Shown piece after piece: positions 50,221 through 59,570 of a stretch of 64,000 nt of DNA (its first letter is position 1; each line of letters opens with the position of its first letter). This DNA is from a virus (Duplodnaviria; Caudoviricetes). The notes under the pieces were generated by a model. It made no database searches. It had not been told where the DNA came from and worked only from the letters and a program-made list of their open reading frames with translations. The stretch covers positions 31,957 to 95,956 of IMG/VR virus record IMGVR_UViG_3300013383_000025; one strand, written 5' to 3'. The translations under genes were made by a program, and so were the position numbers.

Positions 50221-50535
50221 TTAATTTTTTCTTAGAATTTTAACATCTACTAATTCTGTTTGTTTAAGCCATTCCAAATCATCCTCGGTGTCAATAATAG
50301 CTCGTTTTGTTTCTTCGTCAATCGTAAATTTATCAGGATTATATTCAATGGTGGCTCGAATTTTACCAACTTGTCTAGCTAATCTTTGGTCTTCGCCACA
50401 ATTATAACGGAACACATTCATATCAAATGTAATCAGCCCATCATGTAATTTGACATTAGATACACACCAAGCAACATCAATCTTATGCCTTACTTGTAAA
50501 ACAAAATTCTGTTTAATAAATTTATCAAACGTCAT
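50221..50535 (-). CDS. Hypothetical protein
   Basis: ORF in operon. Confidence 0.5.
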   Translation of the reverse strand: MTFDKFIKQNFVLQVRHKIDVAWCVSNVKLHDGLITFDMNVFRYNCGEDQRLARQVGKIRATIEYNPDKFTIDEETKRAIIDTEDDLEWLKQTELVDVKILRKN

Positions 50536-50536
50536 A

Positions 50537-51937
50537 TCATAACCACACTTTCTGGTCTTGTTGAGTTGCTACAACTCTACTTGATTTACCTTGTTTGACA
50601 AGCGCGTCTTGTAGAGTATGAGCAAATTCGACCTTACTCGAAAATTCACTATGCACCAAGCACAGCCTGTCATAATCAATTTGTTTATAATATTGCATTA
50701 GTTGGTTGTAATTAGCATGAGACGAGAATGTGTTCAAGCAATATATCTGGGCGTTGTTCTGAATCATCTCACCATCAAGCATAATTTCCTTAGCGCCATG
50801 CTTGATTTCATATGCAAGCGTATTAGGGCTGGCATACCCTGAGAATAGCACGGCGTTGTGGCTATTTGGCAGAATATATTTAAGGTAAGCTAATGCCCTC
50901 CCCGCATTTAGCATGCCACTACTAGCGACTATAATAGCACGTTCGTTCGATTGCTGGACGGCTTGGCTTTCTTCCCATGATTCAATCAGGCGCAAATTCA
51001 GCTTATCTTCATATTCTAGTACGTCTGGCCATGCCTTATATATGCGATAAGCAAGAGGCGAATCAAGATAAACAGGTATCATCTGTCCGTCAATCTTGCG
51101 CTCGGTAACTCTAGTACGCCATAGTACATCAAGAATATCCTCGGCTCGTTGTAGGCTAAAGCACGGCATTAAGATGCGGTTATATTGATATATGGCCGCA
51201 TTGATAACCTGCTCATCATACCAACGGTCTTTCTTTATGCTGTAACATCTAGTCGGGTCGCTATAAGTACATTCACCAACCACAACGTTACATCTAGGCA
51301 ACGGCTCGATTGGCGGTACAGATACACTCTTAGCTTCAGTGTTAAAGTCGCCTGTAAAGCCAACTCGCTTAATACTGTAGCCTTGTTTGATTTCCAACAT
51401 GGCTTGAGCCGAATGGACGATGTGACCGGCATGATAATAGGTTAGTTTTGCGCCACCTACGATTGTCGTAGGAACGTCAAACGGCACTTCTACAAGCCAT
51501 TGCATCACCTTATCAATATCGCCCTCAGTAGCCAATGGAGGCGCTTTGATACCATGTTTATTTTGCATCTTTAGGCTATCCTGCGCCATGATTTTAATAC
51601 AGTCTTCCATCATTATTTTGAGAATAGGGATTGAGCCTTGAGGAATATAGATGTATGCCTGCATACCTATAGCAACTGCGGCTAAGAGTCCCATACAATG
51701 GTCTGAATGGCAATGTGTAATCACAACACCATGTATGCTCTTTGGTTTGATTTTCTTCATCAGGTCGCGATTCGCGCGATAATCAGCAACTAGATTATTA
51801 GTCTGAATCATGCCCATATCAACCGCCAACTTAATATTGTCAAATCGAACAATGGTGCATGAGCCTGTCACAGATGCCGCATTACCACCAATGAAATGTA
51901 AATATGGCTTGATAGTACCAGATGACTTAGCTGGCAT
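50537..51937 (-). CDS. Metallo-beta-lactamase/beta-CASP nuclease (RNase-like)
   Basis: VTGSC, THCHSDH, AGHI, TGD, ECTY, DSPLA, SSGML.AGR, GY, FSSHA, LVH. Confidence 0.9.
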   Translation of the reverse strand: MPAKSSGTIKPYLHFIGGNAASVTGSCTIVRFDNIKLAVDMGMIQTNNLVADYRANRDLMKKIKPKSIHGVVITHCHSDHCMGLLAAVAIGMQAYIYIPQGSIPILKIMMEDCIKIMAQDSLKMQNKHGIKAPPLATEGDIDKVMQWLVEVPFDVPTTIVGGAKLTYYHAGHIVHSAQAMLEIKQGYSIKRVGFTGDFNTEAKSVSVPPIEPLPRCNVVVGECTYSDPTRCYSIKKDRWYDEQVINAAIYQYNRILMPCFSLQRAEDILDVLWRTRVTERKIDGQMIPVYLDSPLAYRIYKAWPDVLEYEDKLNLRLIESWEESQAVQQSNERAIIVASSGMLNAGRALAYLKYILPNSHNAVLFSGYASPNTLAYEIKHGAKEIMLDGEMIQNNAQIYCLNTFSSHANYNQLMQYYKQIDYDRLCLVHSEFSSKVEFAHTLQDALVKQGKSSRVVATQQDQKVWL

Positions 51938-53828
51938 TATCCGCCTCCATATCTCTCTTGCCAGTGGGCATATAAGCCCATGCTACAACATCATCCCAAT
52001 CGCCATGATTGTCAAGATATAACGAATTGTATCCAGCATATCCATCATCGGCCACACAAGTGTCCTGCCATACATAGCCACTTGTACCCAACACTAAAAT
52101 ATCTCGGTTATCATCCGGCATTTCGCAATCAAAGCTGTATGGTGGATACTCAGATTCGGACAATCCCCATTCAGCCCATCCTTCATTTTCTTCTTCAGTG
52201 GGCGGCCTAGTCGTGACCTCATGCCATACAATTTTTTCAATCCATTCCATTACGCCGTCTTGCCCTCCTTCTTCATCTTCAGCACCGTCCTCAAAATACA
52301 ATCCATACAACTCAAGTCGGCATCATTCCACATTTTTTCTCTCTGTGCCACCATGCGATTGTCAATTTTTACATACTTATCGCAATCAGATTGATAATCA
52401 CAACGCATACATGGGATTTGCCAGACGTGGCAGGGGCGTTTACTCATAATCATCATCCTCATATTCAGATTCAGAATCTACCTGAAAACCAATAGCTTGT
52501 GTCATCTGAGGTGTTGGCTTAATCGTCTCAGCAGCAGCCTGTGCCTCTCTTTGGTCAAGCTCTAAGTCAATCTGCATACGGTTAATATGCGCATTAATAG
52601 CCGATGAAATCCATGTAACCATAGAGTCAATAAGCGGCATAGCGGCTGATACAAATAATATCGAGCCGCCAGCAATCCACAGTGGCAATAGATGATTTTT
52701 GTCTTTCATACATCACCTTTCTTGATTTCATAGAACATTAAGCCGAGCCATAGAAGCATAAACACACCCAGCCGCCATACATCATCCATTCTTCTTTCCT
52801 CTTGTATTGGCTTCAGCCACCTTGCGCTTAATTACCTCTTTGATTGCTTTGGCAGAAGTCAGGCCGTTCGTCAGCTTGTCAATCTCATAGATACAAGCAT
52901 CCCAGCCGGTCATCAAGCCCTGATTGAAATAGCTCTGAAATTTAGGCTCAAGTTCGGCTTTCAGCACATCATGCAATTCATTATCCGACATAATCTCCTC
53001 CTCTGATGTCGCAATATGGGCAATATACCTCTGTGACTGACTCATAATACGGCGGCTCATCAACTTCGCTATGATACACCCTATGAGTGTATGACTCTAG
53101 CTTACAGCCGCAAGTAGGGCATCGCCCCATTGATTCTAGTGCCGTGGTCGCTGTGTACGCTAATGGCAGGACTTTTAGGCTAGATAAATATACCAAGCAA
53201 TCAGCCGCAATATCCTCATCAGCGCCCTTGTACTGCTCTACAACGGCTTCCACGACCTCATTGTGCATCTCGATCATTCTACTAACCTCAGATTATCATA
53301 ATCAACCACATACAAATATGCAGTTACATTGCTTTCGATTAAAGCCAATTTTTTGCCGCTCTTTGCAGACAAACATCCAATAGCCAAAACGCGGTATTTA
53401 TAATCCATAGATGGCCTATTAAGGTTTAAATTGGCCTGAACAACACGAATAATGTGCTCTGCAGGAATATTGTTCTCTTCAAAGAAACTCGTCAAGTTTG
53501 TAAAACCATACTTCTGAGAAGACTTTACCTTAACAACATCCCCGACCTTAATCTCTCTGGGCTTCTTTGCCTCAGCCATTCTATCCTTCAGCTCGTCTAA
53601 GCCGACCTGCAACCGCCAATCATCATCAGGATGACAACGAGTTTCAACACTCTTACCATCCTTGCTCGTCATCACCATGCGATTACCCTCAATATGCAAG
53701 CTATAATCGCCCTCTAGCCACTTTGGTGCTAAATTCTTTTCGTAAAATTTGTACTCAAGTTCCATATTTTTCTTAGTCCTTTCTTCAAATTCTTTCAGTA
53801 CGTCCAACCACAGTGAATACGGAATCAT
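51927..53828 (-). CDS. Cluster of small hypothetical genes (51927-52250, 52250-52462, 52440-52709, 52782-53063, 52981-53277, 53274-53828)
   Basis: Overlapping packed ORFs; some are Zn-ribbon or DUF551-like. Confidence 0.5.
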
Positions 53829-53846
53829 TATTGTATCCTCCTCAAC

Positions 53847-54683
53847 TTAAAAATTCATAACAGCCATAGCATTGACTGCCCTCTGCTCAGTGCGCTTGAT
53901 GTATCTGGACGTGATAGCCAAACCTGAGTGCCCCATTGCCTTACTAATTATCTCAATAGGTACGTCGGCCTCAGACATCATCGTAGCAAACGTGCGGCGC
54001 ATCGTATGATTGCTGATATGCAGCTCCTCCCAATTCTCAATACCAGCCTTCTTAGCGCACACCTTAAGCATTGCACTCGTGTTCTTACCATCCATCTTAT
54101 TGCCGCGATTGCCGACGAACAGGTATTCGCAGCCGTCTTTGCGCTCATTAGCAATATAGCTATCAATCAACTTAATTGTCTCATCAGCCAGGCCAACCAA
54201 TCTGTCCTTGTCGCCCTTGCCGCGAATAACCAACACATTACCATTGCGGCTCTGATACTGCTCAAGCGTGATGTTGGCAAGCTCGTAAATACGCAATCCG
54301 GTCTGAGCCAGCATCGTGATAATCGCCTTGTTACGCAGATTGGTTGCGGCGTTAATCATTGCTCTGACCTGTTCACCATCAAGAGCTGACTGCTCACGGT
54401 TCTTAATGCTAGGAGCTTCAAGCATATCGGCTGGATTACGGTCAATGAATTCATTGCGATACAAAAACTTGAAATATTCCCTAACCGCCGATGTGCGCTG
54501 TGCCACAGATGCAGAGCTAAGATTGCTCAAACTGGACTGCCACAGCTCAAGGTCGATCGGCTTGATTTCGGTTTCAGGCTTCTTGACATATGACAAGCAG
54601 TTCTCGACCGCCTTGATGTATTCACGAATAGTACCCTCGCTGCGATGCTTTGCTTTAAGCGACATAATAAACAGTTCGTTCAT
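53847..54683 (-). CDS. Tyrosine recombinase (XerC/D-like)
   Basis: TGLRI.EL, GKGDK.R, HTMRRTFAT, MGHS...T.RY catalytic residues. Confidence 0.92.
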   Translation of the reverse strand: MNELFIMSLKAKHRSEGTIREYIKAVENCLSYVKKPETEIKPIDLELWQSSLSNLSSASVAQRTSAVREYFKFLYRNEFIDRNPADMLEAPSIKNREQSALDGEQVRAMINAATNLRNKAIITMLAQTGLRIYELANITLEQYQSRNGNVLVIRGKGDKDRLVGLADETIKLIDSYIANERKDGCEYLFVGNRGNKMDGKNTSAMLKVCAKKAGIENWEELHISNHTMRRTFATMMSEADVPIEIISKAMGHSGLAITSRYIKRTEQRAVNAMAVMNF

Positions 54684-54716
54684 ATCGTTCAGCTCCCTGT
54701 CTCATTTGATGGTTTA

Positions 54717-54745
54717 AGTATAGCACCATAGCGGCGATTTGTCAA
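54717..54745 (-). promoter_or_regulatory. sigmaA-type promoter of the recombinase
   Basis: TTGACA-17-TATACT with extended TG. Confidence 0.78.
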
Positions 54746-54758
54746 GGGTTATTTTTAG

Positions 54759-54794
54759 AAAAATCCCTACAATCTTTCGACCATAGGGATTTTT
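54759..54794 (-). terminator. Terminator after HU
   Basis: aaaaatcccta pairs with tagggattttt. Confidence 0.7.
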
Positions 54795-54808
54795 AACAGG
54801 AGGATTAT

Positions 54809-55084
54809 TTACTCATTGATAGCCGCCTTGAATGTGCTTGTCGGCTTAAATGCCAGCGCATACTTGGCAGGGACTTCAATAGTTTCGCCGGTCTGTGGAT
54901 TACGAGCAGTTCTAGCATCGCGCAGCTTGGTCTTGAATGTGCCAAATCCATGAATCGTCACGTCCTCATGCTCAACCAGCGCATTCTTGACATAGTTGAT
55001 AAATTCATCAACAATTTCTTCTGTGTCCTTAATAGTATGCTCGGTCGAGCCAGCCACATACTTGATTAGTTCCTTCTTTGTCAT
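54809..55084 (-). CDS. hup: HU-like DNA-binding protein
   Basis: MTKKELI...GFGTF...ARTARNPQTGE.I.VPA....FKP. Confidence 0.95.
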   Translation of the reverse strand: MTKKELIKYVAGSTEHTIKDTEEIVDEFINYVKNALVEHEDVTIHGFGTFKTKLRDARTARNPQTGETIEVPAKYALAFKPTSTFKAAINE

Positions 55085-55199
55085 TGTTCCTGATAATTTC
55101 CTTTCGATTTCTAATAAAATTTTATTAAAACAAGTCGCTATGTTCATGCGCATATTGACTTGATATATAAGGTTATTGTTCCACTATCAACTACTTACA

Positions 55200-55598
55200 G
55201 GGTCCTCTTACCCAAGCCATATATTGTTTTGCGCGGAATAGGCATTCACCGTGCTATGAGTCTGCCGCCGCTCACTCTTTGTGATTACTTATTTGAATCC
55301 AGTCAACCTTGAACATTCCGGACGATTCAAGGATTTATAAATTGCCACACTCCTTACAAATTCGTTTAATTTGAATTTACAGTTGCGCAACCATCTTAAA
55401 ATCGAGAGTGTGGCGGCGTTGCCTCATAGCGTCAGGTGGTCAGTCATCAACTATTTAGCAACTGGCATTACAACCTATAAACTAGACCATCCGCAGTGAC
55501 CAAATCTTGAGGACGGCCTTACAAAGCTAGGATTTTAGGCTTTTCATCAGACGGCCATCAAATGTGCTTGCAATACTTAAACAGAGGCATGATGGACG
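55200..55598 (-). ncRNA. Candidate structured ncRNA domain
   Basis: No credible ORF; nested helices 55253-60/55423-30, 55344-52/55406-14, 55307-13/55326-32 and 55555-60/55590-95. Confidence 0.5.
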
Positions 55599-55601
55599 TT
55601 T

Positions 55602-55674
55602 TGACCGTGGTAGGATTCGAACCTACATCTCAACCGCTATGGACGGAGAGTATTACCAATTAGGAGACGCGGTC
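55602..55674 (-). tRNA. Degenerate tRNA-like element (CAT loop; pseudo-tRNA)
   Basis: GACCGCG/CACGGTC acceptor with 1 mismatch, perfect T arm GTAGG-TTCGAAT-CCTAC; D arm and anticodon stem degenerate; no CCA. Confidence 0.55.
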
Positions 55675-55679
55675 ATATG

Positions 55680-56328
55680 GAAATGGGCTTTAAGGATGAA
55701 CTCATTTCAACTCAAGCCGACTTCCTACCTCATAGCTACTTCTAGCATCGGCTCGTGAATGCTGTTTACACAATATCCTTATATCACCTTTGCCGGTATG
55801 TTTTTGCATGGATGCTACCGTGGCACGATTGAGCGCGACCCCAATTCTCTAGTCTGTATCTGCCGCTTCTCAAACTCTGCGCAGACCCCAGTGCGGGCGT
55901 GATATAGATTTGACGGTTATCTTCAAATCCGGTCGGATATTGTATCATTGTCAATCCCAATCCCTTTATTATGCCGAACAGATTGACCGGTGAGCCCCCT
56001 TAGCATGAGGCAATTACGCCATTCATGCCTATCTCATTTATCTCACACACGTTCCCGAAATGCTCTTTTTTTCATCCAATACCGACATTCCACGTAGGAC
56101 ATATGGTTAGATTGGCTTGCCTCTCGCACGAGCAGTGCTAAGGTTAATAATGGGTTCAACACCCATTGCGCTTGTGTAGTCTACACAATCTGATACGCAC
56201 GATTTCTCGCGATATCACCTTAATGATGGCTGTTCATCTCACTCCATTTACTACTGCTCCTGTATTCCCCAGCTCGGCGGTCAGCTGATACCGTCTTCTG
56301 TGGGCTTCGTAGCACCATCATCTTTACA
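55680..56328 (-). ncRNA. Candidate large ornate ncRNA (about 650 nt)
   Basis: Own promoter, no credible ORF, many local and long-range helices (see findings). Confidence 0.6.
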
Positions 56329-56334
56329 TTCTCA

Positions 56335-56363
56335 ATTATACCACATTCGATTTTATTTATCAA
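56335..56363 (-). promoter_or_regulatory. Promoter upstream of the ncRNA region
   Basis: TTGATA-17-TATAAT with TGTGG extension. Confidence 0.78.
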
Positions 56364-56529
56364 GAGGTATTTTAATTATTTTTTCAACACGTCGCTTGCC
56401 CATGCTGCACCACACACAAACATAAACAATGAATAGCCGATTCCAGCAAGGAAACAAATCCAATCGTTAAGATTCATACACTAATAATCAATAAAATTTC
56501 CTTTATTATTTACACTACAACTTACCTTA

Positions 56530-56775
56530 CTAATCTTCTTGTTCAGAATTTTCTACATTATTTAATGAAGATTTTTTAGCGAGACGTGCTGATTTGAGCC
56601 GTTCTGCCGCAGCTTGCTTCTGTTCATCGGTCATTGAGCGGGTGCGCCTTGTCTTTCCTAGGCGCAAGTCGTAAAGCGGGCAAGTCTTGATTGGACAATT
56701 CTTGACTTCCCCCGGTGAATCGCCTGAACATTGCAAGCAATATTGTCGTATTCGTTTTAGTGGAGATAGTTCCAT
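56530..56775 (-). CDS. Cys-rich hypothetical protein
   Basis: IRQYCLQCSG....EVKNC....CPLY..RLG; GAGGTG RBS. Confidence 0.65.
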   Translation of the reverse strand: MELSPLKRIRQYCLQCSGDSPGEVKNCPIKTCPLYDLRLGKTRRTRSMTDEQKQAAAERLKSARLAKKSSLNNVENSEQED

Positions 56776-56806
56776 GTTGTCACCTCGATTGGTTTGATTT
56801 TTTAGT

Positions 56807-56898
56807 TGGTCCCGCCACCAGAATTCGAATCCGGACTGCGCCCCCATCTAGGACTCAGGGTGTATAAAGCCCTCGTGCTACCATTACACTATAGCGGG
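56807..56898 (-). tRNA. tRNA-Ile(TAT) with a long variable arm, CCA encoded
   Basis: Acceptor CCCGCTA/TGGCGGG plus ACCA; D stem GTGT/GCAC; anticodon arm AGGGC-TT TAT AC-ACCCT; T arm CCGGA-TTCGAAT-TCTGG; about 22-nt variable region. Confidence 0.85.
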
Positions 56899-56995
56899 AT
56901 ATTGTCGAGCCTTTTATCGTCATGCTCAGGACTATATTTTCAGGAGGTTCACAATGCCGCAAATCAGGCTTCCCCAATTCCCTCATTGCTTCTTA

Positions 56996-57024
56996 ATTAT
57001 ACCACACGATTTGCTGTTTGTCAA
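56996..57024 (-). promoter_or_regulatory. Promoter of the tRNA transcript
   Basis: TTGACA-17-TATAAT with TGTGG. Confidence 0.82.
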
Positions 57025-57206
57025 CTACAAATTTTATTCATCTCAATAAATTTTTCACAAGCCCAGCCATTGAACACAGGTACATCGTCACAACAATATC
57101 CCCACAGACCAGTTTCTCGGTCATAGCGGTCAACGCGGCAAATATAATCGCCAATTTTGAAATAAGTATTAAGCATAATCGTTATCTCCGTTCATTTGAT
57201 AATTTG

Positions 57207-57235
57207 ATTATACCATATAGAATCGCATTTGTCAA
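57207..57235 (-). promoter_or_regulatory. sigmaA-type promoter
   Basis: TTGACA-17-TATAAT. Confidence 0.75.
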
Positions 57236-57657
57236 GCCCCTTTGACAAATTTATTTTTAATATCTACCCATTTTTTAATCTGGTCGTCTACGCGCACCCA
57301 TCCACCATAATGCAAATCTGGGTCGAACCACCATAGACCATAATAGTTCGGGTGCTCATCGTCCTCAATGGCTCGAAACGGATTGCTATAGCCATGCCAT
57401 TCAAAGAAGTCTTTAGCGAATTTTACGTCGCTATCATTAGCAACTGTAAATGCCATCACATCGTCAAATTCAGCCCATACGAAACCAGGGTCATCAAATT
57501 TGATTTCTGTGCCATCTTCCTTATAAAATCTAAGGCTGCCACCGTCACGTTTCTTCACGTCGACATACCAACACACCCATTCATGGCAATTCGCCTCATA
57601 TTCATCATCAAACTCCGCTCCACAGTATTCGCATTTATAAATCGTTGTTTCGATCAT
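57232..57657 (-). CDS. Hypothetical protein with an N-terminal C2H-type Zn finger
   Basis: YKCEYCG..F......CHE; AGGAGG RBS. Confidence 0.6.
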   Translation of the reverse strand: MIETTIYKCEYCGAEFDDEYEANCHEWVCWYVDVKKRDGGSLRFYKEDGTEIKFDDPGFVWAEFDDVMAFTVANDSDVKFAKDFFEWHGYSNPFRAIEDDEHPNYYGLWWFDPDLHYGGWVRVDDQIKKWVDIKNKFVKGA

Positions 57658-57787
57658 TTCTTAATTTCCTCCTTGACTTGCTGAATGATGCAAATTATAC
57701 CACATGCTAAAAGAATACAAGTTCCAATGGTTGCCAATGCAAGTGCAATAGTACCAGCAAGAGAAATAATATTCCACAATATATCAG

Positions 57788-58363
57788 TCATTCAAACAAC
57801 TCCTCCATTTTTCTTACATGATATTTCCTATTCTTTAAATCGTCCACTCTAGTCTTGGTCGTTTCCCAATTCGACCCGGCAAATCCCTTAGTGACAACAT
57901 CCGCTATAATCTGCTCGTCCTTATATCTACGCCGTTCGAGCCGCAAATCATGTAGCAGCTTATACATCTTATATCCATCACGGGCATTATAGCTATTAAA
58001 TTCAATGGCGTGTAGCACATCCTGAATCTTGTTTTCGACCTCATTGAGCTTATATTCAACCCATGCCGCCCTTGCTACAAGCTGGTCATGCAAATCACAG
58101 AATGCCCCAATTTGTGCCAATGCTGAATCGTAATTTACCAATTCGACATTTTCAAACTGGTCGATATCGACGGGTTTAGATGGCTCATCGATTTGCTTGA
58201 TCTGATAGCCAAGATTGCGTGTTGCTTTTGGTAAATTGGCAAGCGCATTTTCGGCTTTGATACGGTCTTTGAATTTGAACGCCTCAGCTAGATTATCGGC
58301 TGGAATCCACTGTCCAATTGCGTTTTGCATAAGATAATATTTTTGATTATATAAGACGTACAT
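57788..58363 (-). CDS. Hypothetical coiled-coil phage protein
   Basis: DVLHAIE......GYK.YK.L..LR..RR..KDE motif. Confidence 0.65.
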   Translation of the reverse strand: MYVLYNQKYYLMQNAIGQWIPADNLAEAFKFKDRIKAENALANLPKATRNLGYQIKQIDEPSKPVDIDQFENVELVNYDSALAQIGAFCDLHDQLVARAAWVEYKLNEVENKIQDVLHAIEFNSYNARDGYKMYKLLHDLRLERRRYKDEQIIADVVTKGFAGSNWETTKTRVDDLKNRKYHVRKMEELFE

Positions 58364-58369
58364 AGGTTG

Positions 58370-59210
58370 TCATTTCTTTCTTTTTGATTTGCGGCGTTCT
58401 GCGCGATTTGGAGGATATGAGATGCCATCTGGATATAGATAGTCACCCAATGCTAGAGTAAAATCCTTAAATGAAGTATCATATGACAATTTTAACTTGC
58501 CACACCACATACGCCACCATTCGTCAAATCCCGTAGTCCATGTAGTCATTCCTTCGTCATCGCACGATTCAAGATATTCAAAAAGTCTATTGTTCATTTC
58601 GCTTTCTCCTACGTTCGGCTCGATTTCCAATTCTATCTTCTCGTGGCAACTCGATGACCCATTTGTTATTCTTATTTAATCTTACATTTGGAACATCGGT
58701 GTATAGCCAACCAGCGTCTGAGCCATCATTGTTTATCATGCGCCTCTTATACATAATGTGATAATCACCATCTGCTTTTTGTTCCATAGTCCAGCATTCT
58801 TCGTCGTATGATTTTAGTAATTCAAATAATTTATTCTCCGTCATAGCCAATGCCAATACGCCCAATCATTTATTTCAAATATACCGGCTATGATCAGTGC
58901 CAAAGCTGGAATCGCAAATAGTCCAAGCCAACTTCCACAAGAATAACCCAAATATGCAACAAAAAATCCAAGACATACTAAAATTATAATAATAAATATC
59001 CATAATGCGTGTAGCAGAAAATCAATCATTTTTCTCATTTTTCAGTACCTCATCCAATCCAATAAAATACGGGCAATCCCCTACATCTTTGCAGACGTGC
59101 TTTTCTTCTCCAACTTGACATACCCAATTATGAAATTCTATATCGCCTTCCAGACGACAATTGCGACATTCATATGGATAGGTTGGCATTTTATCTATGA
59201 TGATTTTCAT
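58370..59210 (-). CDS. Cluster of small genes (58370-58597, 58587-58844, 58841-59038 membrane, 59022-59210)
   Basis: Overlapping packed ORFs. Confidence 0.5.
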
Positions 59211-59477
59211 GTTTTCCGCTCCCATTCTTTACACATCAGGTGGGTGTGTTTGCCGCAGTATCGAATATCATAATATGGATTGTAAGTAACGACAGCATAT
59301 TTCAAATGTTTACAGTCATCACACCAACTTCCCAGTTGGCAATCTTCCGTTTTGTCCGTAATTTCTCTACTTAATTCTTTGATTTGTTCTTTAAGACGTT
59401 CAATCTCTGTAATATAATCCTGTTTTTTAACTTCTTTTTTTTAATTCTTCAACTTTAGCCTTCTTAAAAATATCCAT
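59207..59477 (-). pseudogene. Small gene frameshifted at an A8 tract (59435-59442)
   Basis: 271 nt from ATG to an ATGA-coupled stop; removing one A gives an open 89-aa coiled-coil/Cys-rich ORF. Confidence 0.7.
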
Positions 59478-59570
59478 ATTTCAATCCCTTATTTCAAAAA
59501 TCCGAGGCACAACTAAACCGGTTAGTCCACCCTCCATAGTATTATGGATATTATGGCTCTTTTAATTTAA

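Noticed and set aside
55490-55555. Hammerhead ribozyme (CTGATGA plus stem AAAGC/GCTTT on the minus strand)
   Set aside because: Followed by GTAA rather than GAAA, and no proper stem III/NUH site was found.
56807-56898. Reading the tRNA as an ochre suppressor (TTA anticodon)
   Set aside because: That register gives two mismatches in the anticodon stem and a pyrimidine at 37; the TAT register pairs better and has A37.
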